Below are positions 24,501 through 37,788 of a DNA stretch of 64,000 bases, piece after piece. The notes below the pieces were generated by a model, which was not told the DNA's origin, ran no database searches, and worked only from the letters and a program-made list of their open reading frames with translations. The stretch is from Malacoraja senta (lineage: Eukaryota). How positions within the stretch are numbered: the stretch's first letter is position 1; every line of letters begins with the position of its first letter. The DNA lies in the NCBI GenBank assembly GCA_038087875.1, contig CM075988.1, forward strand, positions 10,666,001 to 10,730,000. The letters are read 5' to 3'. The translations under genes were made by a program, and so were the position numbers.

Positions 24501-25075
24501 AGGAAGTAATGATGCAGCTTGTGAGACTTTGGTTAGGCCGTACGTGGAGTATTCCAAGCAGTTCTGTTTGCCCCATTGCAGGAAGAATATGGAGGTACTT
24601 GGAAAACGTGCTGTGAAGATTTACCAGAACGCTATCTGAATGAGAAGGTTTCAGCTCCATGAAAAGGTTGGATAGACTTGGATTGTTTTCTCTGGAATGA
24701 TGGAGGTTGAGGATAGACCTGATTGAAATATATAACATTATGAGAGGCATAGATAGGATACACAGTCAGAACCTTTTCCCCAGGATGGTAAAATCAAATG
24801 CTAGAGGGCATTGGTTTAAGGAGAGAGGAGCAATATTTAAAAGAGATGTATGGGACAGAGAGTGGTGAGTGCCTGGATTGCGCTGCCAGGGATGGTGGTT
24901 GAAGCAGATACAATAGTGGTATTTAAGGGACATTTGGATAGGCATATGGACATGCAGGGAATGAAGGCATATGGATAACATGCAGGCATAAAAGAGTTTG
25001 TCTTGGCATCATGTTTAGCACAGAGATTGTGGGCTGAAGGTCCTGTTCATGTGCTGTATTGTTCAATGATCTATG
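21520..25075 (+). mobile_element. Cluster of old degraded CR1 copies with nested young CR1 3' UTR (~22248-22349) and a Penelope repeat (~22738-22885)
   Basis: Remnants of EDWRV, DFSKAFDKVPH, KFAD and LVRP motifs with many stops; gggcctgtttc-like 3' ends. Confidence 0.75.
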
Positions 25076-26185
25076 CTAATGTCCTCTACCTCAGGCAGCG
25101 TTCTGGTAATTCTCTTCTGCAAACACTCCAAAGCCTCCATGTCCTTCCTGAAATGGGACGACCATAGGTTTGGAAAGATGGAACCCTCTATATAATGATT
25201 AGGCTCCACAGTCATGGGTCTATGTCACGTCCAGCAAGGGGAGGAATGGGTACAAATGTGCCGGTATCTGTCACTCACCACATGCCAGAAGTACAGCTAG
25301 CTTCATCCATGCCAATCTAGGATTCACTTCCTGACGATAGCCAAATACCGATGATTAACTTTAGAACCTTCAACTGCACCAACATGATCAGTTTGAAGAT
25401 TTAAATGTGTAAAAAGAAAATCCGTTCTGTTTCAGAAGACCACAGTTAGTAAAACCTGTCACTGTACACCACTGTGTGACTACAGGCCTGCACTGGGGGG
25501 AAATAATGTTACCGCATTGTGTTTCTACTTTCTAAACTTGATATGATGTTACCATCAAGTCATATAATAATGCTGCCATATAAAGCACCTGTACACTTCA
25601 GTTCTCATTAGCAAAGGAATATGATAGCAGCTGCAATCAGTCAAGCACAGTGGTGACTTTAAGTGATTACAATGATATCTTAAGTTGTGTTGTAAGAGAT
25701 CGCTCTTCAAGAGAAGGTAATCAGGGCACTATTCCCCTCACCAAGTTCTGAACTCTTTATGAATGGACTCCAATGAAAGTAAACTGGGATATTTGGATTC
25801 CAGGCACCAGGTTTTGAAAATATCTTGTATTTATCAGTCCTTTGAGAAGGAAATAAAATGATCAGCCTACGTTTGACCACAGGTTCTCAGCAATCATTGA
25901 TTCAGTTAAATCATTTCCCTTTGAGAGCGAATGGCTTTGAGATTTCACACAGTAAGTTGCTTCAGGTGAGTGACAGAGCAGAGGCACATCTGAAGGCACT
26001 AACTGATCAATTCCATTTGATTTGTTATCACTCTTCGGGAGAGCCTGTCACACATGATTGCAGATTAACAAGCCTTTGATGCAATTTACAGGAGGTCAGG
26101 AAAACCTGTGCGAACCTCCCCAATTGACACTCTAACAGATACCACAGAAATTCCCTCGTGGATATTTGAAATGGTCTAGCATTCG

Positions 26186-26477
26186 TTTAGTTTAGTTTAG
26201 AGAGATACACCATGGAAACAGGCCCTTCGGCCCAAAGAGTCCGCACTGACCAGTGAACCCCGTACATTACACACCAGGAACAATTTACAAATTTTACCAA
26301 AGCCAATTATCCTACAAACTTGTATGTCTTTGGAGTGTGGGAGGAAACCGGAGGACCCGGGGGAAAACCCCATGCAGGGATAACGTACAAACTCTGTACA
26401 GACAGCACCAGTAGTCAGGATTGAACCTGGGTTTCTTGTACTGTAAGGCAGCAACACTACCGGTGTGCCACCATGCC
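26186..26477 (-). mobile_element. HE1-type V-SINE
   Basis: (tttag)n tail, V-domain and head. Confidence 0.85.
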
Positions 26478-26706
26478 GATAAGTCGAGTGCAGCTTTTGC
26501 CTACACACCAGAGATGCTAAATACAAATATCCTTTCACATATGGCCTGTCAAAACACTAAAGCTGTCTGCGCTCGAGGTGAAAGATGTCAAGGGATACAA
26601 ACACAACACATACTTCACGCTGAAAGTGGTGTCACAAGGAGAGAGGGTGGTGAAAAAGGCGTTTGGCACGTTGACCTTTGTCAGTCAGGGCATTGCAGTT
26701 GTACAA

Positions 26707-27544
26707 CCGGTGGCGCTGTTGCTGGCTGCCTCCGCCTTCAGTCCGGTATCTTTTTGTTTTTTGTTGTTATGTTTGAAGAACGTTTTTTGTGGGTTTTTTG
26801 TCTTTATGTGGGGGGGAAGAGGGTACGGTAAGGGGGATACCGTCCTTCAGTCGCTTCCTGGAGAGGACGCGACTATTTTTCGAGTCGCGTCCTCGCCCCC
26901 CCCCCCCCCCGCGGCCTACCTACTGGATTGGCGCGGCCTTTCATGCCGGGACTGACCAGAGCTCCAGCAGCAGCGGCGCAGCGTTGGATACATCGCAGGG
27001 CAGGCGATGCCTTACCGGGGATCGCCGTTTGGAGCTCCGGAGGGCTGGGCTTGCTGCACCGACATCGCGGAGCTGTGGTTCGCGGAGCTCCCAACACGGG
27101 TGGCGCTGACCAACATCGCGGAGTCCTGCGACTCCGTCCGGCTCGGCTGTGGACTTCGGGAGCCGTGGACTCCGGTGGGAGGCGGCTGATTTGGAGGTCC
27201 GGGCCGCTGAGGATGTTCTCCGTTGGGGTTCCACCGTTCCCGGCGAGAGGGCCTGAACATCAGGCCGCCCGTGGCGGTGACTGCGGGTGCTCGGGAGGCC
27301 CCGACTACGGGTGAACATCTGGGAAGATCGGCGGGGAGGCTGGCTGGACTATGGTACCTTCCTTAACTTTGGTGCCGCTGTGGGGTGATGTTATGTCGTG
27401 GACTTCTGTGTTTGTGCTTTTTAATTTTTATTTTTTTATTGATTTATTATTTATTTTTATGATACATGACTGTAAGGAAAATCCATTTCGTTGTCTCTTA
27501 TGAGATAATGACAATAAATTGATACAATACAATACAATACAAAA
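26707..27544 (+). mobile_element. GC/CpG-rich non-autonomous retroelement with Rex1/L2-like tail, inserted in an old CR1
   Basis: GTACAA at 26701-26706 and 27545-27550. The 3' end is catttcgttgtctc...atgacaataaa followed by (atacA)n. The host CR1 reads gcagttgtacaa|gatgtggtgagactgcacttggag across the insertion. Confidence 0.7.
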
Positions 27545-30500
27545 GTACAAGATGTGGTGAGACTGCACTTGGAGTAATGTGTACAGTTTTGGTTATCGTG
27601 CTAGAGGAAAGAAGTCATTGAGAGTACAAAGAAGAATACAGTCAAAGAGTCTTACAGCACGGAAATAGGCCCTTTGGCCCAACTCATCCATGCCAACCAA
27701 GAAGCCCAGTCTATGCTAGCCCATTTTGCCTATTTCTCTAAACATTTTTTATCCATGTACCTGAATTCACAAGAATCTTGCCCGGACTGGAGGGCTGAGT
27801 TATAGGGAGAGGCTGGTCAGGCTTGGACATTATTCCCACGGAGAGTTGGAGACTGACCCTATAAAGTCATAAGGGCATAGAAACAGTGAATGCACACAGT
27901 CTTTTTCACAGGGGAGGGGATTCAAAAACTAGAGAGCAGAGGCTTAAAGGGAAGATTTGTCAGGAACATGAGGAACTATTTATTCACACAAAGGGCAGCG
28001 GTCTGTGGAATGAGCTGCCAAAGGAAGTGATTGAGACAGGTACAATAACAAGAGTTAAAAAGATTTGGGCAAGTGTTTGGACAGGAAATGTTTAGAGGAC
28101 AAGGGAGAAATGGGGGCATATAGGACTAGCAGAGATTGACATTTTGGTTGGCATGGGCAAGTTGGGCCAAAGAGTTTGTTTCCATACTGCATTACTCTAT
28201 CACTCTAAGATTCAAAACTTAGACCCTTCTATCTATCTCAGTGGATTTTGCTGTTGTTCCGCCTCATTCTGCCCTACCATGAATGGAAAGTCAACTGGCC
28301 AATCATGCATGAAAATTTGGGGACATCGTTCCTGAGCCTACATCACTATTTTCACTTTACCCAATGTACATCAATGAACTGCAACCGCTAGTCAATTGAT
28401 TCTATTTATTGATTTTTTAAAAAAGCTTATTTTTAACTTTCCTCTTCCAAGTATTCTCTCAATGTATCTGTAGCTGGATGTCAATGCTGGCTATCAATGA
28501 AGCGTCAAGAGGATAGCTCTCTGAAGGATTTCACCCTAGTCAGCTTCTGATCTCAAAAGACTAGTATGGGGAAAATGAAAAGTAAATGGGCAAACACAGT
28601 TGAGATTATGAAGGACATAGAGTGAATAGAGAGAAATCTTTCTCTATGAAATAGACATTGAAAACATCTAAGCTGAGGTTGAAGTGAGAAGCAAGGGTGT
28701 TAGGGAGGATCTGAGGAATTTACTTTGCATGTAGAAGCATGGTTGCAATCTGCAATACATTGTCTGAGCAGGTCGGGGGAGAAATATCTGTATGAGCACT
28801 TGAATTTCCAAGCAATAGAAGGCTCGGGACAAGGGCTGGTACATAGGATTATTATGGATGGGCACAAGATGGTTGGCATGATGATCAGAGATGATCTGTT
28901 TGCAAAGTTAATGGGCCAGCATAAATTGTCCCCAGTGTAGCTGGGTGGCAAGAGAAATTGGGGAATGGATACAACTTAGTTGGGGAATTCTATAGTGTAG
29001 ATAGATGGGTGGATGGTCATAAGGATTAGGCCATTCAGCCCATCAAGTCTGATGGATGGATGGACAAACATTCTAGGGAGCCTGGTGTGATATTGGCTAC
29101 TCATTTTATGATAATTTAATTCTCTATACTTAATGCGGAGTCTTCATACTTAATCCTTAATACTTAATCCGGAGTCATACACCTGCCTTTCTCCATGGAG
29201 ACCTTGATGCTCACAAATTGGCTTCTGCATCTCCTCCATTACATTCGGGTCAATACTTAATTGGCAGTAAACGTCATGAAGGACGCAGTGAAAAAACGCT
29301 TACTTGTTGGAGTTTTTGTTTATTTATTACAGATTTCATCGGTTCTTACCATTTCCTGTTTCGCTCCTGTCCTTACGTTGCAGTCTTCGCGTCTTCAACG
29401 GGCTGGCTGGTCTGGGCAGATCTTTCACCGGAATTCAGGTCATGTTCAGGGAACACTGTGAAGCTCCCCGTGAACGGCATGCAAAGCAAAGGGACTGTAA
29501 AGGGAATGATAATTCCAACCGAACGTGAGAACATAATTGTGATCGTTGTGCGGAAACAGCGGGCAATCTTTACAATTGTACAGAGCAGAGAATAGTGCAT
29601 GTTGAGAATTGAACTACGGTCCTGTCATTTCAATTGACGGTGAGATACAAGCAAAAGCAATTGACCGGAATCATTGTCAGATTAGAATCGAATTGGCAGG
29701 AGATTTGATAGAATTTCCGATGCTGATCTGATAAAATGTGATCTTACAATGTCGCATTTTGGTTTTGCATAACAAAGTCTGCAGTGGTCTATATAACGGG
29801 AACACCATTAAAAAAAAAAAAAAAAATTGGCAGTATCAGTGGAGCTGATTGTACAACTGAGTCTCAGTCCGACGGTACCGGACAGCGCCGTGTGGGGACC
29901 ACTGATATCCACCTGATATGTCCCGGCCGAGAACCCTGGACTTGGGGGGCAGGTTGCAAAGTCAACCGCTCCGTTCCACGAGAGAGAGAGCATTTAGAGT
30001 TGAGAGGATGCGATGTCTTAAGAAAAGATTATTCCTAAACTTGGCATTGTCTTGAGGGCATTTTCTGAGAAAAAATTAAAAGAGTGGAATTGAAAAGGTT
30101 CTTTGCTTCTGGCACATGTAGAATTGTGGAAAGCAGAGTGTGGAGTTCCAGCCTCATGTTTACATGTTGTGTGCGCTAACATTCAAATGGTATCAGGTGA
30201 GATAGAAGAGCTTAAAACTTAATTGATGTAAAAAGGGCAATGTGCAAACAAGGCACTCAAAGTACTTAATGGCACCAAAGCACAGTTATAATGATGTTCA
30301 ACAAGTAAATATTTAATGATGTGAATATTAAAATCCCTCATGGCTCAAGTCAGTTCCTTTTCCATTTCACAATCGCTCATTAAACGCTGTTCTAAACCAT
30401 GTGGAAGTCGACCATTACAACAGCGGATCAATCAGAACTTTACAACCACCACAAAAACACAATACAGTTAAACTGTGTGTTTAAAGGAAGCCGTTCTTCA

Positions 30501-30627
30501 ATATTGAACCCGCTATATCTTCCCATGGTTTTCCCCCACCTGCAGTTATATAATGGATATATGCATGCAGGCTTCTCCTTGATCCACAGTCAATTAAGGA
30601 TGCTCTTTGAAGTTCATTGGAAGGCCA

Positions 30628-31221
30628 TGCAGTTGTACAGAGCCCTAGTGAGACCACACCTGGAGTATTGTGTGCAGTTTTGGTCCCCTAATTTGAGGAA
30701 GGACATTCTTGCTATTGAGGGAGTGCAGCGTAGGTTTACAAGGTTAATTCCCGGGATGCCGGGATTGTCATATGCTGAGAGAATGGAGCAGCTGGGCTTG
30801 TACCCTCTGGAGTTTAGAAAGATGAGAGGGGATCTCATTGAAATATATAAGATTGTTAAGGGTTTGGACATGCTAGAGGCAGGAAACATGTTCCCAATGT
30901 TGGGGGAGTCCAGAACCAGGGGCCACAGTTTAAGAATAAGGAGCAAGGCATTTAGAACGGAGATGAGGAAACACTTTTTCTCACAGAGAGTGGTGAGTCT
31001 GTGGAATTCTCTGCCTTAGAGGGCGGTGGAGGCAGGTTCTCTGGATGTTTTCAAGAGAGAGCTATATAGGGCTCTTAAAAATAGCGGAGTCAGGGGATAT
31101 GGGGAGAAGGCAGGAACATTGAATGGCTCGAAGGGCTGAATGGCCTACATTGAATGGCTCGAAGGGCTGAATGGCCTACTCAGGCACCTATTGTCTATTG
31201 GCTATTGGCTATTGCCTATTG
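30628..31221 (+). mobile_element. CR1 3' fragment
   Basis: [20 protein letters not shown]...LWNSLP followed by a (ctattg)n tail. Confidence 0.9.
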
Positions 31222-31419
31222 TTTTACATGATGCTGTTACTGCAAAGTCGGCCAAGGAATGGTCAAGAGTCCGAAATGCTTATTTTCTATTTTGCACTAA
31301 ATGAAGATCTCCTTCCAGTTCCATTTAAACCAACAAAAATATGTCTTGCATTGATGTGGCTTCTTGGTGTTCAACGCAGATCTTACTGGCCTAAGGACCT
31401 GTTCCTGTGCTGTATGGCT

Positions 31420-31900
31420 CATAGAATCATCGTGATACAGTGTGGAAACAGGCACTTCGGCCCAACTCGCCCACACCGACCAACAACACTGGTTCCACTT
31501 GCCTGCGTTTGGTCCATATCCCTCCAAACCTACCCTATCCATGTACCTGTCTATTTGTTTCTTAAACGATGGGATAGTCCCAGCCTCAACTACCTCCCCT
31601 GGCACCTTGTTCCATACACCCGCCACCCTTTGTGTAAAAAGGTTACCCTTCAGATTACTAATAAATCTTTTCCCCTTCACCTAAAACCTATGTCCTCTGC
31701 TCCTCGATTCCCCTACTCTGGGCAAAAGACTCCGTGCATCTACCCGATCTATTTCTCTCATGATGTTGTATACCTCTATAAGATCGCTCCTCATCCTCCT
31801 GCGCTCCATGGAATAGAGACCCAGCCTACTCAACCTCTCCCTAAAGCTCACACCCTCTAGTCCTGGCAACATCCTCGTAAATCTTTTCTAAACCCTCTCA
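31420..31900 (-). mobile_element. CR1 3' fragment of a different subfamily, with a 3' end like that of the HE1 SINE
   Basis: ORFs 31681-31872 and 31297-31680 (LYSMERRR, FTQRVAGVWN). The 3' end tgtggaaacaggcacttcggccc resembles the SINE tail. Confidence 0.85.
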
Positions 31901-33722
31901 AGCATGACAATGACTCTGCCACCTCTAACACTTCATGTTGGAACAAAAAAAATGTCAAGAGTTAAGAGTGTTTTACTACCACATGTCCCAGACAGAACAA
32001 CAGAAATTATTACTTGCAGCAGCACAACAGAATATGTAAACACAGTGCTCTGTAAACAATATAAGAAATGAGAAAAAATAAAGTTCAGTGTGTGTGAGTA
32101 CATATATAATGATAAGATATAGGAGCCTGAAAATGTAATGTCCAGGTTCAGAAGCATCTTTCTCCCGACAGCTGTCAGGCTATTAAACACACACGCATAC
32201 GTACACGCACGCATGCACACGTACACACACACAACCCCCCCCCCCCCCCCCCCGTCTATGTAGATCAGAGCTTATTTGGTGGTTGGCGTGTTGAACTGCC
32301 TAATGGCTGTAGGGAAGAAGCTGTTCCTGAACCTGGACATTACAGTTTTCAGGCTCCTATACTGTATCATCTTCCCGAAGGCAGGAGGGAAATGAGAGGG
32401 TGGCCAGAGTGGTGCAGGTCTCTGATGATGGTTGGATGATCAGAACATTGAAAGGTAGAAGATCACTCCAGCCTACATGGAGAATGCTTTTCTGCTCAAT
32501 TAGATTGTGTCTAACATGCATCTCAACTCCATTTTTCCTTCCTTGCTCCAAATTCCCTCTTACAATAACTGGATACAAGACAATGAAAGCTCCAAATGGT
32601 TCCCAGAGACAACTCCTTACCTTAGAGTCTCGGCACTTGCTCGATACTGATTGTATTAACCCACAATACACTGCTGCGTGCATCAGAACCCTTTTATGGA
32701 GCTGACAGCACATCGAGAACATTAAGTAAGGTACCAAGTGCACAAATTTAAAGAAAGAACACATTTAACTGGTATTAGTTCATTTAAAACGTAGATGTGC
32801 GGGACAAGTGTTTTTTAAAGAGTGGTGGGTGCCTGAAAGGTTCTGCCAGGGTGGTGGTGGAGTCAGACATGATAGTGGCGTTTACAAGTGGGTTTTGGAG
32901 AGGCACATGGATACACATGGGATGAAGGGATATACATCAGGTGCAGACAGAGGAGATTAGTTTAACTTGCCATCATATTTGACGCGGACATCATGGGTCA
33001 CAGCGCTTATTCTTGTGCTGCAATGTTCTGTGATCTATGTTTATTCAGATGAAGAAAGGCTACACTTGAATTCACTTCCATTTTCCATTTGGTTTGTTGA
33101 GACAGCTTTCAAGGCTGGCATGCATCAAAGGAAATGGATGCAAAGCAGTGAGTTTAGTGGCATTGCTTCACCACCTGACCTCCTAATATGTTCCTTATTT
33201 CCATGCTGAGTGCACAGACGCAGAAGCGGGCGCTGAACAGTGGAGGGCACATTGGTAGTAGTTTGTTATGGACCTCTGTACAGATTGATGCCTGATCAGC
33301 GCTGAGGGTTTCAATAACTCACAAAGCTGCCTGAAGTATTGACTTTCTTACTGACTCGCATAAATAATAGCACAAGAAACCTGTGGAGACTTCAAGTTGC
33401 TGCAGTCTGATGCCGGAAGCCACTTGGAGAACTGCTGCAACTGAATTCTCTGGTGCATTTAAATTGGCAAATGCTGAACCCCACAAAAATAATCAGTACG
33501 CTTAATGGTTTTTTGTCATGGCTCAATAATTGGCAGAACTGGTGGTGATAAATTGCCCCATAAACCAAGTAATATCAGTTCTAATATTAAGTCTGGGCAG
33601 CGAGTCATACATTCCTGCCGAACCAAAAAAGATCGCTTGGACGGTTGTGTCTGTGTTGGCTCCTTGAAAGATTTTACTAGTCAGTTCACACCCCTGCTTC
33701 TCCTCGTGCATATGTTTCCTAT

Positions 33723-33725
<3 letters not shown>

Positions 33726-33768
<43 letters not shown>
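33726..33768. repeat. (TA)n microsatellite
   Basis: Seen directly. Confidence 0.95.
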
Positions 33769-33771
<3 letters not shown>

Positions 33772-36700
33772 CCCTTATGGAAGTTATCATTGCATCTGTT
33801 GCAAACATCTTTTCAAGCAGCCCAATCCAGAGTGGTCTCAGAATAAGGAATAGGTCATTCAGGACTGAGATGAAGAGAAGATCTCTACCCTGGAGGGCTC
33901 TGGTGGCTGAGTCATGGAGCTCATTCAAAACAGAAGATGACAAATTTCTGAACATCAAGAGAAACCTAGGGGAGGGGGTCAGTGCAGGAAAAACACTGAG
34001 GTAGAAAGCCAGCCACAATCTTCATTTATGTGCAGGAAGGAACTGCCGATTCTGGTTTAAACCGAAGATAGACACAAAATGTTGGAGTAACTCAGTGGGA
34101 CAGGAATGGGTGACGTTTCGGGTCGAGACTGAAGAAAGGTCTCGACCCGAAATGTCACCCATTCATTCTCTCCAGAGATGCTGCCATGTTACCCCAGCAT
34201 TTTGTGTCTATCTTCGAGAATCTTCATTTATGCTGGAAGTTTCAATGGGCTGAATGGTCCATCGCAGATCGTAGATCACATATCAGATCTGCATGTGAAA
34301 GAACCAAGAGATTTTATTTTTGTTGATGACCTTAAATCTATTCATTGACCTTTTGTCTGTGAAAATGCAGTCTCCCCATCTTCTCCATCAACCCCCTCAT
34401 CATTTTGAACACCCCCATTAAATCTCCCCTTCACCTTCTTCACTCTAAGTGATGCTGAATGCACAAGCAAGTGGCATGGTGCTGTGACGTAAGTTCATTT
34501 TCATTCTGCAGGAGAGATTCTCAGCAGAAACACTGTAACCACTCTGCTGGTGTTGTATGTTTTGTTTTGCCACTGTTTGTCTGTTTATACAGAGCGCAGG
34601 TTGACTGTAATCTGTTAGACCTTTTTTTCCTGAGTTTTGGAAGATAAGGGGTTGTGACACATGTGGCAAGAATACTGTGACCAGAATTTTTATTTCATTG
34701 TGCTGCATTATATGATGTTGTGGTAATAAAGTCACCTTCGTGCATGATGGTTTAAGGCCTGTTTATGAGGGTTGCTGCTTAATGTTAAGTAATGGTCTCA
34801 TAAAAACACCGACACTGTATATACCAGCTAATGTCAGCTTACCATGTTTATTAAATGCACCTTTTACAATTGGCCATTGTCCTCTCTCTAAACATCAGTA
34901 TAAATGCTGAACCTTAATGAGCTTAAATCCATTGAATGATTGAACGTTTACTAAATTATTGTTATTTGGCAACCTTTCTGTTTTTAATGATATTGGCCCA
35001 AACACTCTCGTTCCTTGTTTGCTCTCTTTGATAACTTTCAATATATCAAAAGAACACAAGGTGTAGAAAGACAGGACTCAGCCTTTCGACCCTGCTCACA
35101 GTCAATAAGATCATGGTTGAGCTTTCACCTCGTGCCATATTCCTGCACTAACCCCAAATCTCTTGATTCCCTTGACATTCAAAACATTATCAATCTTGTG
35201 AATATAACTCTGTGACCCCACATCCCTCTTGTGTGAGTGATTCTAAGGATTCCTTAACCTCAGAGCAACTTAAAATGTCTTCTTATCTCTCTCCGGCATA
35301 GCCCAAACTCTTGAGACAGTGACCTCTGGCTCACAAAACCCCAGCCAAACGAGACAATTATTTCCACATTTCTCCCATGCAAATTTGGTATGTTTCAATA
35401 AGAACACCTTTCATTTTTCTCACTTCAAAAGAGTACTGACCCTATCTGCTTGCTCTGTATCAGACAAAGGTGTTTGTTTCTCGGGTCAATCTGGTGAACA
35501 TTTGCTGCACTCCTGCTATTGTAGTTCATTCAATCTTTGATAGGGAGTCTAGCGTTGAACAATATTCCAAATTCATCTCACCAGAGCCCTATGTAATTGG
35601 AGGTATATATCTCTACCCTGGTACTCAGATCTCCTATCATAGAGGAAAACATACCATTTTGCCTGCTAATTACTTAGTCTACCTTACTTACTTGGTTAGC
35701 ATGGGCAAGGTGAACCACAGGACCTGTTTCTGTGCTTTGTCACTACTACTTCCAGGTTAACTATTACTGATTGGTGTACGAAGAAACCCATTACCTTTTG
35801 TTCTTCACCTTTCTATTTTTCCTTAATTGTGTGACCTCCCATTTATCCACATGATATTCCATCTGTCATGTACTTACCCATTTGTTTGTGATCGTTCGGG
35901 AGAAATCTGAGTGGATACCTACCCGAATATATTGTTTAGCACACTCTGTCCTTGGGGTATATTTGCACAAATCATTAAAAATTGAACGGAAAGTTGAGGA
36001 GTTAGTTGACAAGATATATATAATAATGTGTTTTATTAATTAAGCCACCGAGTATAAAAGCACATATCTGCCTTCAACTGGAATCATGTATTTAAGTTTA
36101 GCATCATATTGTAGAAAATAAGTGACTTAGAAGGAAAACTGCACATGTTGACATTGCCATTTTCACGATGCCCTTGTCATTTGCTGAGGCAAAGGTCAAA
36201 GGTTTGGAAGGTGTTAGAGTAGTCATGGTGTGTATTCTTAGATGGTAGACATAGCAATAGTGGTGAAGGGGTTGATCATGTAGGGTGGTAAAATGGGATA
36301 ATGTGATGCCACTCAAATATACCACCTAGGACAGGTGGTATACCATAATGTCAAGCGTTTTGAATGTGTTGCCAAACCTTCAGGAAAAATGCTTCTAACT
36401 GATCTGAAACCAACAATGACATGAATTACACATGACATGAAGAACCAATGAGCTTTCAAATGAACTTTTAAAACAATAACTGAACCATTTGTTTCCTTCC
36501 ACAGTAGTGTGTGGCATTTTGTAGTATGTTGTATCATACATAATCTTTGCTCTTTCTTGTAAAATCTTAGTTGCAGCTCTTTTGTTATTAATTATTTCAT
36601 TCTAGCATTCACTTGATCATGATACATCTTTGAAAGAGTTCTTGGTTGTGATGTTCTGCCAGCCTGAACTAACTTAACGCAACCGGGCAAATATGGGCAA

Positions 36701-37788
36701 ACCTTGGAGAAAGGTGAAAGAGGCAGACAAGTTATGCTCGTTCAAGCAAGTTGAGAGTATTCCATCATGCCGGTGACGTTAATGCATGAAGAAATGTTAC
36801 TGACATGCCCTTGTCACCATCGATTTTCATAAGGTCATAAGGAATAGTAGAATAAGGCCATTCGGCCCATCAAGTCTATTCTGCCATTCAATCAAGGCTG
36901 ATCTATCTCTCCCTCCTAACCCCATTCTCCTGCCTTCTCCCATAACCTCTGACACCCGTACTAATCAAGAATCTTCAACTGGAGAATTTTATGTGGCAGA
37001 TCCAGTCAAGTTTCTGGTCAATGGTGACCAACCACCCAACTGCCCTTAACTTTCATCCCCCTTCTCCAGTTATTTGGCCTGTTTGTTGAAATGGTTACTA
37101 GTTGGTGGACAAGTAAACCCAAAAACTTGGACTAACAATTATTTGAATCGCAACATGGTAGTTCTGGAATTTAAATTCAGTTAATAAACACAATGTTTTT
37201 AAAACATGATGACCATGATGACAATAAAACTACCAGACGATTGCAAAAACCCAAATGATTCACTGGACTCTGCCGTCATTATGTAGTCCAGCCGCTGTGT
37301 GGCTTTGGACTCTCAGGTACTCAATAAACATACCAAGGAAGCCAGCTCTTGTTTCATGACTGCCTTGTTAAACAAATTGACCTTGTTTCAAAACAAAAAT
37401 AGAAAATGGAATTTGTCACTATTGAGTACTCCCTAAAGAGCAAATTCTTCATTTGGTCAGCAAGAATCTTTGATTCTTCAGATACCATTTGGGCCCAAAG
37501 ATAACAAAAGAAGCTAACATAATTCCTTATGAAATGAGGGACCTCTTTCACTAATTTACCAAATAGTGAAAGACCTGGATAGAGTGGATGTGGAGAGGAT
37601 GTTTCCATGAGTGGGAGAGTCCAGGACCTGAGGGCACAGCCACAGAATAAAAGGACCTACCTTTAAAATAGAGACGAGAAGGAGTTTCTTTAGTCAGAAG
37701 GTGGTGAATCTGTGGAATTCATTGCCACGGACGGTTGTGGAGGCAAATTGGGTATTTGGGTATTTTTAAAGTGGTTGACAGATTCTTG

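Noticed and set aside
26789..27318. Many overlapping ORFs on both strands
   Set aside because: High GC suppresses stop codons, there is no recognisable domain, and the region lies inside a TSD-flanked insertion.
30399..31019. 206-aa ORF with a unique N-terminus
   Set aside because: Chance read-through from flanking DNA into a CR1 fragment, ending at a premature stop.
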